From positions 248,001 to 312,000 of the forward strand of contig NW_020846166.1 of assembly GCF_003704095.1 (NCBI RefSeq): a stretch of 64,000 bases of DNA, written 5' to 3'. The notes under the pieces are model-generated. The model had not been told where the DNA came from and did no database searches. It was given only the letters and a program-made list of their open reading frames with translations. The position numbers and the translations under genes are program-made. Below are positions 1-11,614 of this stretch, one piece after another. The DNA is from Pocillopora damicornis. Its lineage: Eukaryota. The stretch's first letter is position 1; the number at the start of each line of letters is the position of its first letter.

Positions 1-22
1 CTTTGTTTGACTTTTTCTGCAG

Positions 23-175
23 GAAATCTTAACGTCTATTGAGGAGCAAGACGCCAAGTTTTCCAAAAGGGAGTACAGTGACCTTTTGTCACTGCACGCT
101 CGTAGTCAGGCGGTCCGAGATAATAGTGCGCATGAACAGCGAATGGAAAGACTTAATAAAATCTTCTACAACTAG
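23..175 (+). CDS. Terminal coding exon of an unidentified gene entering from the left edge
   Basis: Polypyrimidine tract plus CAG (AG at 21-22), then an open frame EILTSIEEQDAKFSKREYSDLLSLHARSQAVRDNSAHEQRMERLNKIFYN to TAG at 173-175; AATAAA near 224. Product not recognised. Confidence 0.55.
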   Translation, partial: EILTSIEEQDAKFSKREYSDLLSLHARSQAVRDNSAHEQRMERLNKIFYN

Positions 176-1915
176 GTCAAAATGGAAGAATAATCGCTAA
201 ACCCACTTTCAAATCTGCAACAAAATAAAAAAAAACTGTAGTGGAAGTGTTAAATCATTGAAATGTAACTTTCTTAGCCAAGTTTTGAAAATTGAAATTT
301 TTTTACCTGTATGTTTTGTTTTGTTTTGTTCTTCTCCGTGAGGCAAAGCCAACTATATGACGAGTTTCATTTGATAAACTCCTCATTAAGATTTTTTAGA
401 CGGTGGAATGTGCAGATTTCAATCTAATCTCCAAAATTCAATGAAAATCAGTTAGGTTTGTTCGTTGGCACAATTGCTATATAGTATAATTAATTCAAAG
501 CAAATACACGCTCATTTTTCAAACCGTTGAAACTTTTCTACGTGTAATGTGCATCTAGGTGTCGTAAAGGATTCAATTTGTTGAGAACTTTAGCAAAAAA
601 TGGCAATAACTGCCCGTGTATTTCGTTTGATGGTTGACGGTGATTTGCGAACTCCACCAACGGCTCGTGCTACACGAACGGAAACTTTTAAAAAGTCACT
701 CGTGCTTAGAAGTCACGAACTGAACTAGCGATTGTGCAATTTTCTTTTTTTCTTATTCAAACAGTCCTCTGCCTGAACCATTTTCGAGAACACAAATGCA
801 GTTTTATTGCGTGAGCGGAACTCAAATTGATTACTCGATAAACAGTTCATTGTGTTGTTTCATTTTATTGTTTTGTTGTCATGCCATTGATATTAGTCGA
901 AATCTAAGCATAAAAACCTCGACTAAACTGTTCCTTTAAGGATGAAGATTTACAATGAAAAAGATCATTTGATGTCACTTTGACATCGTCGTTAAATAAT
1001 GGAGTGAAATAATGATATAAAACAAGTTTTGAACAGCTCTATTTATAAGTGCTAATGATTAAAGCAGTTGTCATGGAATACATTGCAGATAGAATTACAA
1101 TTTTTCTCATCAGGATATACAAACAAAAATCCCTTGGCTGTAAGTATTTCGCCAACAAAACAAATAATGTTATAAATCTCCTTCATCTGATGTGGTTAAT
1201 GAACATCAGAAAATAATTCTTTGAAAAGCTTTTGTGTCTGTATCCGGCTCAATCTGTTTGTTTTAAACTTAACTTAGCAGCTAGAAGGTGTACAGAGCTC
1301 TGTAAACTTCCCACAATTGAAGGGCGACATGTTCTTCCATACTTTGCCATGGTACCTCAATCTCGAATTTTCTAAATCCTGGTGGTGGATTCTGGTGTAG
1401 CTCTTGAAGACTGCATTTCTTCCCTTGTTCCTCAACAGCGTTTTCACCAAGTCCGGATACACAGCGCCTTCGACCATGTGTTTTGTAACAAAATTTATCC
1501 TTGCCTCTGCTTAGTTTCGCAACACAAGCTCCCATTATTAGAATCAAAAATGCTTCCCAAAGAGATGAATAAGGCGGTTCTGTGTAGCTGTTTGAGGCGT
1601 TTTCCCTCTTTCCTCAATCCAATGAACTAGAGGGCAGGTAAACGCTCGATTGACCTTTGGAATCCGTTAAAGGTCCATATTGCAAAACAAAGGAAAACTT
1701 TGGAGGCTCTTTACAATTTCTGAAACCCCATTAACTTTGCCACTCTGTCGGTGATTGGTCAAAATCACACACGGTGACAAGTCGGCAAATCATAGTAACT
1801 AGGGCGTAAACGAGGTAAACAAATAGAAGCCTTCTCCTGTTCGCTCTGTTTTCGGGAGAAAAACCTGCGCTCTCGTCCACGCTAAAGCTCTCTTTTCTAG
1901 CTCATCGTTACTCCT

Positions 1916-2119
1916 TTAACCCCTAAGAGTGACCAGTTTCTAATTTCTTCCTATAATATCACTCCTGAATCAAACATCAAGGTCACGAGAATCAAGGAAA
2001 TGATCACCAACTTATAATTCTCTTGATTCTTGCACAAATTCTCCTCGTCAGCGCTTTAGGAAATGTGTAGAGAACAGTATGGAGAATTTGCATACTGATG
2101 TTAGGGTGCAAACGGTTAA
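1916..2119 (+). mobile_element. TTAA-flanked MITE, family A (piggyBac-like ends)
   Basis: TTAACCC...GGTTAA ends; internal AGAGTGA..CTAATTTCT..AGAACAGTATGGAGAAT..GCATACTGATGTTA shared with other copies in the window. Confidence 0.75.
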
Positions 2120-2404
2120 GAGAAAAACAGACTGCTACTTACGGCAATTCAGTTGGACTCAAATTGATAGGGGTTCAGAATCGGTGGAAACTTAGTTCTA
2201 AAAGGTCGTCGATCAAAATAATGCTTAATTGGTGAAATGTTTAAAAAAAATTGTGAAAGAAACGGTTTTTAGAATTCAACAATGAAGCGTTACCTTAAAA
2301 CACCGTTGAAATTAGTAAGAAATACGTCCAGCATTTGCACCCGCGATACAACCTACTCTTTTTCCCATGCCTCCGTCTGCCCCCTGCAAATTGAGTGCTA
2401 TAGA

Positions 2405-2905
2405 TACGTTGTTGACAGAGCTTGTTCGGTCAAGATGCGTGGATGTTGGCCGAGTTCATTTTGGGGGTTTTTATGGACCGAGAGAAAGTCGAGATCCATG
2501 AAACGCAAAAAGGAGAACGAGGCTAATATCCAGCTGCCATCTTGGTCGAACAGGCTTGGTCAATAAAGGTGTTGTTTTAGCAAAAAGATGTTCTTATAAA
2601 AACCAAGAATGACTTGTTTATTTCCAAAGCCGGTAAAGAAGGTCAACTGTGTCTGTGGCACAACAACCCTACGGGAGTCATCTATGTTTTGATTGTCTTT
2701 TTGCTGCTCCTTTTTGCAACCCCATCACCGACGTTGTCCAAAACTTTACTACTATGTAAGTCCGCTCCACGAATTCTGTTTTCTCTTTTGGTCCGGGATC
2801 AAAGCGGGCAATCCCGAGCGGGGGCCCATCTTGTCCGCTTGGGTGGCCAATCAGAACACGGGATTCGCTTCACATTACCCACGAGCGTTACCGGCAATAT
2901 GATAA
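2405..2905. repeat. Interspersed repeat with internal inverted arms (non-autonomous DNA element-like)
   Basis: TTGTTGAC..GCTTGTTCGGTCAAGATG..GGATGTTGGCC versus GGCTAATATCC..CATCTTGGTCGAACAGGC..GTCAATAA form an imperfect fold-back (about 2409-2566). Confidence 0.55.
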
Positions 2906-4878
2906 GACCTATTATACTTGACTGAAAAGGAACTCTTCACTCGACTCATAAGATGACTTTCTCCGAGGCTGTGGAAACGTCAGTAACTACCACCATTATT
3001 ATTAGCCCCCCCTCCCCCCTTACCCGCAGCAGCACGTCAGACCGTACAGCACTTGAGTTGATTTTTAGCGGATAGTGAACAATGGTTGAGGACAGTCTAG
3101 AGTCACTCTAATGTAAGGTATGTGAGCGGTTGCATATATGGAATTGAGGGTCACCATCAATCTTCCAAAGAGAACCACAGATGCTGGGGTGAGAGAGGGC
3201 AAAAAGGAAAACCCTGGGGACATGGAATACTTCTATGACTGATGCCGAAAACAGTCATTAAAAAATAGAAGTGACAAGAAAGAAAAGAGGCAACAGGGAA
3301 TCAATCAGCATATACACTTCATTCTCATGATGTCAATGAAGGTCCAAAACACAGAGTTGATCTAAATTGTTAAACAAGCATCTCCTTTCCTACTCTCTGT
3401 CTAATATTTATTTGTCCAACGGTTATCTCAGTGAAAAAGGTTTAGCACTGTCCTTAGTAAACTTAAATTTGACATATTTTCTATAACTACATGATTGTCA
3501 CTCAGTACATGTACATGTTGACTAGAGACTAAAAATCCCTCATATAGGATATCTAGCTAGGAAATACTTCTCAAGAACCAATATATAGTATTCAAATTCA
3601 ACAACAGTTGCAGATAAAAAATAAAGTGTCCACAAAACTGTGGTGTTCAATTCAAGGTAACTATTTAACTCAGTTAAACTTAATGTCTAGTTTATCAAAA
3701 AAAGAAAACCTTTAATCCAGTGCATTTACCAGAATTACTTAAAAAAATTTCTTGTGAATGTTGAAAGATGTAATTGTTAATCACTGAGATTTTGATACCA
3801 TAAAAAATTTTAAATTCTGGCATTAAATTCATCTGCACAGATTAAACGCTCAATGTTAGTACTTTCTAATGCCACAAAATACACTTATAATGTAGCTTAC
3901 TTGTTTTTTGCTTATGAATTCAATACCGGATGAAAATTGATCGTAGTCTGAAAATTTTAAAACTGATCGTCTTTCAGTTATGTCAATATTTCTACAATTC
4001 ATGTACACTCATCACAAAATTTCTTCCACATTGTGTCAATTATTAGATTGAAAATAATATCATTTGTCAAAAATACTTCAAGGTCCTTTAATGTGAACTG
4101 TACAAAATTGAGAATTATGTATTAATATTGTATTGAGTTTGTAGTTCATAATATTGAGTCTACATTTTAAATTCTTGAATGTTTCAGTGAGAACACAAGA
4201 GCCTTAGTTGACTATATTTCTAGCCAAATTTACCACCAAAATACTGTTTGAGTCAATCTCACTGACTCGGCATATATAAAATGCAATTGCACCGCATGTC
4301 TGTTAAAATTCCACCCCCAATAATGATCCATTCTAGACCCACTTGGAAAGAGAAGCTTTCCTTGTTAAGCACAAATTAAGTAGTGTGGAAGTGGACTCAC
4401 AGGAAGTAATGTGTGATCTAAAGTGGATATAATTTTAAAAACCTTGTAATATGACTGCATTTATATAAAGCAATTTAATAAGATCAAGTTTGGCAGCCAT
4501 TAGACATTTTACAAGAAATGCATTCAAATATGACTTCTCTGCTCCCTGTGAAACTATTAACTTCTTACTAACCGAGTATGAGGGCCAAACTGGGAAATAT
4601 TGACCCAAGATCATGACAATAAGGACCAAGCTCAGTGAGGTCTGTAAAAAACAAACCAGGGCCAATATTTCTCAGTACAGCTTGAGCAAGCAAAGCTAGT
4701 CAGTAGTTTATTACACAACACTCACACCAAAATTGTTTATTTTGAATTTGCTAATTTTCATGCATAAAAATACAAGAGTTATGAGCATTTCTTAGTAAAC
4801 ACTCCATATAACAAAATACGGACCACTATCTTGACATTTGATGACACAGCTTTAACAACCAGCATCTTTTTCTCTACA

Positions 4879-7800
4879 TTAGTACATATATCTTCCCTTG
4901 CAAGATTCCTTTCTGCTTTTTAAACTTTTCTGTGACATTCTAAGTAGGGCATCAAAATCCATCTCATCTGATGATGGCGGTCGGCTCAGCTCCTGTTCTT
5001 CAAGATAACTGGCATTCGAGTCTGAGAATCAAATTTTTCCATAGTCAGAAAATGAGAAAAATCTCTCTTTACCCACTGATGGGGCTAACAGAAAACTATT
5101 CGTCTTTCTTATCCTATACATTCCAGAACCCTATCTGTGCGTGAGATTCAAAAGTCACTTTGATCTTCAGGGCCATTCTCCTTTCTGTTACAGCACAGAA
5201 TCTATGAGAGACTATCCTCCAAATCAAAACCAAGGGTGGGGTGTGTTCATCTAATTGTTCATTCCACCCTCCAGTCGCTACACATTCCCTTGTAAATCAG
5301 TTACATGTACAAGAATTTGGTATTATAAGTACATCAAGATAACAAATTTTATCTAATAAGTTTGAGTGAATAAATTCCCATAACCTGCTATTTGGTGGTT
5401 AACGTGTGGACATTAGAGGGAGAAATAACAGTTTAATCACTTCTGGGAGTTGATGGGCTGGTTATTTGAATGACGTCTAACCTACATGTACTGTACATGT
5501 AAACCACAGTTTTATGCAATCCGTGGGCCTCATGCTTTCTCTATAAGGGAGTTGATTTGATTACATTAATACCCTTCTTTGGCCCTCATGACAATGTTCA
5601 CAAAAATAAATGTTCAGGTATAAGGTTCAGCTAAATAGAGGATTATTTTAGATGTGGTTTTGTCAAACAACAGCTAAAACTTGTTTGAATAACCAATCCA
5701 ATGGGTTAAATAAATAAGGAACAGGTGAAAGGCATTGCAAAATTACATGCATGCTAAAGCTCAAAAAATACTCACCAAAGTCTACATAGCTACCACCACA
5801 GAATTTCCTTCTTCCACCAAAGCAAAGATCCAAGACAGGAAGTCGTGAGTCTTCATTTCCCCCTGAAGAGAAAATTATGGTAAAATAAGGGATTTTTCTC
5901 ATCACCTCAAGCCATACAAAAGCTAAACTGAAAAAGGACGCTAACAAGATGCTAAATTTCTCACAACACTCACTTTCAATAGCTTCAGCAGCAGAGGAGG
6001 TTTCAAAAAATGTCACAAAAGCATAGTTGTCACTGTTGGGAAAAAGGTAGAAAAAAATTACATTTTCTGCTGTGGACAAACAAAAACAAATCATACCTTT
6101 GGATGAAATTGCCACACCAAAAGAACACTTTTAAGAAAGTTAAAAAAGAAACTAATGCTGAAAACTTGAAACAAATCTTTTCAAGCAACTTATACATGTA
6201 GGAAGAGAACTCTCACAGCCATGGTACAAATTAAAAATCCGTCATCAGCTAAACAATGGAAACCTTCATCTGGTATTGGAGTTTTCTTACAACAAAAGTA
6301 TACCCTACCCTTTCTCTCTGAAGTGGACAGTAACTTTTTCAATTGGCCCAAATGGACGAAACCTTCTGAATACATCATCTTTTGTTGTCTTATTGGATAT
6401 TTTACCAATGTACACAATACGTCTCTCTTCCTACAATCATATAGAACATTAAAATTTTAGAATGATCTTCAGTAACTATTATTTTTTCCTTGTTTTGATC
6501 TTCAACTGAAAGAGTTCTTGAACTTTTGAGCTGTCTACCTACAAGAATTAATCCCATAAGAGGACACTGAAAAAAATAGGGAGGATGTCTGCTAAGGGAG
6601 AGTTTATGACTGGATTGTAATTACTAGACATGTGAACAGACAGTCTGCCTTCCCCTGGACAAATAGAGATTTAACATCCCACTTGTTTTTGATAATTTTC
6701 AAACTAAATACAGACTTCATTGCCATGAGTCAACTATTATGCATGGGGTATTACTAGGAAGTAAAAAGGGGAATAAAAAAAAAGTGTCTGCAAGTAGAAC
6801 TGTCTGCTCTCCTGAGTGTCCATTAGCAGGGAGTTGACCATATATGCAAAATGTGACTTCATTACAATGTTGATGTTCAACAGAATTAAATTTAGTCTTT
6901 TAACAAAGATATTTAATAATTAAACATGAAATGTCCATGAACTTGAACATAAATTAACCCTTAATCTCCCAACAACTGATTTTTACATGCAATCCTCCCC
7001 TCTAGCTGCTACACACTTCCTTGTACATTAGTCACAATAATTTGGTGTTAGATCAAGTAACAACTTTCACCTGTCCAAGCATACTTGATATCCCTAATCA
7101 TTCTAAGAAGCATTATGGCAGTTTGCAGTTTTTCCCTACATCTAGGCAGTTCAGAAAGCCACAAAACTCTAGAACAAAAATTTATCTTTCAAATTGGCAC
7201 TCTTAATTTAAATATCATTGTGCAACTAACTTATTCTTGTTTTCTTGTCACCATATTCCCACCAATAGTGCAGCTCCATTTCTGCATATAAACACATACA
7301 CACAACCCACAATTGCTCCATTCGCTCTGACGAAGGGCTAATGCTGGAAAGGTCAGCTTTGAAACTCTTTACAGTGGCCAAGTTACATAATCAACTCAGT
7401 TGATAATATTTAATTACTCTCCAATACTCATTACCTATTTGTTGGCTAATGTATGGATTTCACTGGGAGAAGTTACATGTTAATCACTTCTGGAAGTTAA
7501 AGGGGTTCAACCACCAATTTGAAATTGGTGGTTGACTCCAACCAACCTAAAAATTACAGTACTGTAAAAAAAAAAAATCAAGCAATCACACAATGCACAC
7601 AACCTCTGTTTTGGATAGCCACTGCATGGTAGTTTCAATGTAGCAATCAAACAAAACAACAAAAGAAAATGTTCCCTGTACCTTTGCAGTGTTCCTGATG
7701 TTATGGTCAAACTTGAATTCTAGTTTTCTTTCAAATTCAATATCATGGAATGTTTTGTTCTTTGTGACACCATTTCTCTTTTCAGTGGGGTCTTTACTCC

Positions 7801-10800
7801 GAGACCTCCTCCTCCTTCTTCTGTTGTGAGGGCTCCTGTGATGGTCTGCTTCTCTGTCGCTACCACTTGATTGCTTGCGCTGCCAGTCAGATTCAGAACG
7901 TCTAGGATCATATCGGGATGTCCTTTCATTCTTACACTCCTCATCTGAACTGGAATACTCTCGTCCATCATAACTGTCATTTGAGCACATGCTGTGTCTA
8001 CGATTGCTTCCTTTATAACAACTTCTGTCTCCATCAGAGCTGTAACTAAACTTCCGATAACTATTCTGTCTCTTATGGTCTTTATCTTTGTCAGTGCTCA
8101 TTTCCCTGTAGTGATACTCTTCATCACAACTGCTTTCGCCACCACAGCTCTCCTCACAGTACGCACCTCTATAGCGCTTTGGAAGTCTCCTCTTTCTGTC
8201 TGGTGAATGATCATCACAGCTTAACCTTCTCTTGTGTGAGTAACGGTTTGGACCAGTTTCTTCAGAAATAGAGTGATGATGATTCTCCATATCCAGAGAC
8301 TTTTGAGGACTACATTTCAGAATAGACTCTTTCAAAGTATTGTCATCTTCTGGTTTCAACTGAATAGGTTTTCTCAGTGGAGATCCACTACAGGCATAGT
8401 TGTGATCTGTTGCATGATTATCAACATGGGAATTCTTAACAGTTTTAGAATTTTCATCCTGTCCTTTTACATCATTGTGAGAAGATCCACCACTCGTTGT
8501 TCCATGAACTTCTTGATTTTCTTTATTTTCAGCAGAATGAAAATGTGCAGAATTCTCCTCAGCAAGGGAAGGTAAGCCCTTATTTTCTACATCACATGGA
8601 ATGTCAAATTTCAGCTCATGTTTCTCAGCAAATGAATTGATCTTGTCTGAAACAGTCTGCATTTCACAAGATGTATCTTTCCTGAAATTATCAAAACATA
8701 CAATGCCCCTTAGGAGATTTCCATTTCACAACTTGCAAAAAAAGACAGCAGCACCTTGCTATAAAACAACTTCAAAGCAGGTTACAGCAACATCTTGTTG
8801 GTATGAAGAAAATAATTTTAGTGGAAATTCATATCAAAGAACACAAACTTAAAAAAAAAATCTCAAAATCAAAATCTGAGAGCAACAAGAAAATGATTCC
8901 TTAAGATTTGTCCTTGAAGCAATAGAGGCAAAGTGCTTCATAACAGCAACCTGTAAACTAGCATCTCTCTCAGGATTCAACCTATTACTGTGTTTTGTAA
9001 ACGCTTAACACTCCAAGAGTGATAAGCATCTAATTTCTCCTTGCTGTATCATCCTTGAATCACATATTAAGATGATGAGAATAGAGAAAATGATCACCAA
9101 CTAAAGATGCTCTTGATTGTTAAACAAATTCTCCATGTCAGCACCTTAGGAAATGTATAGAGAACAGTATGGAGAATATGCATACTGATGTTAAAGTCTA
9201 AAGGGTTCAGACAAACACTTACAGAGAGGAAAGCTGAGGTGTGGAGCAATCCATTGAACCTATAGAGACAAACATGGAAAAAAAATTTGAATAAATTGAC
9301 AAAATTTACAACCACTAAACTAAACAGTCACAAAACTAACAGTTTTCTCTCATGCTTTTGCAATACCACAGATATTTCTATTAAAGCCTAGTCCCTACAT
9401 TGCACCTCTTGGGAAAACAGGAATTAGATAATTAACAATCCCTTGTCACACTAGGAGTCATCTTATAGTGCCTTTGACATTTTGACGGTACACAGGACCC
9501 TTGCCACATAGTAACTTAGTTTCACAAACAAGTTTGCTGCAGAAGAGCTTCAGACTTCAAAATCTTGGGAGACTTTGCATTTNNNNNNNNNNNNNNNNNN
9601 NNNNNNNNNNNNNNNNNNNNNNNNNNNNNNNNNNNNNNNNNNNNNNNNNNNNNNNNNNNNNNNNNNNNNNNNNNNNNNNNNNATTTTTCTTTGTACTGTG
9701 CTTGTGACAATAGAAAAAACACCTTCAACTCCCTGAAGCAATTAACATTAAACCTCTCCCTATAATATCCATACAATATTCAGCAAACAGGGATTGAAAA
9801 TACTCAAACTTGTTAGGAAGACGTTGCTATCTAGATCTACCAATGCATTGTGGTAACTAATTTTCAAGGAAAATGTGTTGCAGTTTGCTGGGGAGGATGA
9901 TTAGGAGTAGGATCTTGGGAGTTAAAGGATTAAACAGTGAAGTTATTAATTTTATTATGTGATCAAAATGTCAAGTGTGGCCCTCAGCAAGAGGGGATTA
10001 TGTGTAGCCTTGAGAAAATCAGGAGTCAAACAATTTAAACTGAGTGATGTACATGCCATGCTTTCTCTAAGACATGTGGTCATTTAACGTTTTTTCCTCT
10101 GATGTTTAATCTTTGAGGCCAGTTTAATTTTGGTCTTTGGTTGTCTTGAATTATAGTACCAGCCAAGTGAAAATAAAAAAATTGGCTATCAAAAGTCATG
10201 ATTCCCGAGCAACCCCAGGGAAAATATTAACCTATGTATATAAATACATTAATTTCACAAAAGTAAAGGATTTTTTGGGTTTGTTACAGCAAAGAGCAAG
10301 GAAAAAAATTAGTAGTACTGTTACTTTCTTTTGGCTTATTCTGCTCTCAAAGGTTTCTTTTTTAGCTGGTCCTTCACAATTCATTTTCTCTAAACCTTTT
10401 TTTTTTATGGTTCAAGACCATCTTTGGAATTTCTTACCTTCATTGAACTGGAATAAAAAAAAAAATCAAGAACTCACGACTAACCTTCAATGAGTTCACC
10501 ATCTTCTAACTCGTTCGAAGAAGTTCCCTTTCTCTCGATGTCGTTCTAGTATCCCGAGAAAAAAAAAAAAAACACTTTGTCTAACAAAGACTCACATGAA
10601 GTCACGTACACATTTTTAAGAACATTGACATAGCATTTTGATCAAACATATGATAATAGATATATAATCATAAAGACAATCATCTACAAAGGTAAGTTTA
10701 ATGAGCTCACTGTAATGAGAAATTGATCAAGATTCTGGATTCTGAGTCGAGTCAACTTTTCAATTTGAGAAAGACATTGTATTTAAAAAAACCCGAAGTA

Positions 10801-11203
10801 GCTAATGAGTCGTTTGGTGAAGATGATTTTCACCAATAATAGCTCAAATTCGACGAAAATTTCAATAACTCTGTTCAATCAATTCAATCAAAGTTGCATG
10901 TGTTTTTATATGGCAAGGATTTAAAGATTTAGAGCTCCGTTGACACCACGTGTTATAAACATGCCTGAACACATGACTTACGTTGCCTAAGAACGACTTT
11001 TTACCGGAGAAAAAATTATTTCACACAACTATTTTGTGGCGGTCAAAAGTAGTTCTTACCTGAGACACTTCATGAATTGAAGAACTAGACACTTTTCCGG
11101 CAACAAAGTTCGGTGCGGACTCGAAATCCTTATGTTTCGAGTCGCTTTGTACATCATGGCACGAAGACACCAAACGCAGTTGTACGGCTTCACTTTTTCG
11201 CAT
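4879..11203 (-). CDS. PPRC1: PGC-1 family transcriptional coactivator (PPRC1/PPARGC1-like), multi-exon
   Basis: Exons: 11203-11060 and 10545-10485 (tentative), probably one exon running into the gap at 9583-9682, then 8681-7682, 6430-6309, 6032-5974, 5862-5776, 5021-4879. Spliced protein has a DHNY HCF-binding motif (8396-8407), an RS-rich region, an RRM starting EERRIVYIGKI, and the family C-terminal signature LDLCFGGRRKFC..SYVDFDS..MDFDALL. The 5' end is uncertain. Confidence 0.85.
5215..5460 (-). mobile_element. MITE family D copy (reverse, diverged)
   Basis: GCTACACATTCCCTTGTAAATCAGTTAC...TAAGTTTGAGT...AATCACTTCTGGGAGTT. Confidence 0.55.
6954..7510 (-). mobile_element. MITE family D copy with internal insertions
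   Basis: TTAACCCTT start and AATCACTTCTGGAAGTTAAAGGGGTT end; body matches the reverse of 15495-15688 but is interrupted over roughly 7085-7420. Confidence 0.6.
9005..9209 (+). mobile_element. MITE family A copy
   Basis: Aligns by eye to 1916-2119. Confidence 0.75.
9583..9682. other. Assembly gap (100 N)
   Basis: N run. Confidence 1.
9722..9933 (+). mobile_element. MITE family D copy
   Basis: CTCTCCCTATAATATCCATACA..CAGCAAACAG..AATACTCAAAC...GATCTTGGGAGTTAAAGGATTAA. Confidence 0.65.
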
Positions 11204-11614
11204 ACTGCTTCTTTACATATATATATTTTTTCTATTGCAATTCATAAGATTTACTTTTTAAAACTGACGAAGTTTATAACCGACCGAAGAAAACGCCGCT
11301 TTACGATAAGAAGTTAAGTCATCCGTGTTTTTGACTTAAAACCACGCGGATGAATTTGTTGCGACACAACGTGTACATTCATCCTTTGTCGAGTGGAGCC
11401 CGGGACGAGCATACTAATTTTTTAGATTCAGCGGTTTTCCGCCCACAACTTTTTATGTCATGTGCTGGTACATATATTGTACCTCATTCACTTTTCTTCA
11501 ACATGGCGGACGCAAACGAGAAACATGACGAGGAGTAGTGACTGATCAGTCGTGAGAAAAACGAGGAACATGGCGCGTACTAGTGACTGATCAATCAAAC
11601 GATTTTGGATCAAA
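11204..11614. promoter_or_regulatory. Bidirectional promoter between the PGC-1-like gene and MTRF1L
   Basis: Divergent putative start codons about 410 bp apart; CpG-rich relative to flanks; YY1-like AACATGGCG at 11500 and 11567; direct repeat with 45-bp period at 11514-11593. Confidence 0.65.

Noticed and set aside
1274-1656. Overlapping short ORFs that look coding-like
   Set aside because: All three minus-strand frames hit stops when extended; no recognisable motif or phase-consistent splice model. Possibly a decayed fragment or UTR.
10438-10447. Apparent 10-nt microexon (CAG|TTCAATGAAG|GTAAG, minus strand) in the PGC-1-like gene
   Set aside because: The upstream intron would be only about 37-50 nt and inclusion introduces an in-frame TGA.
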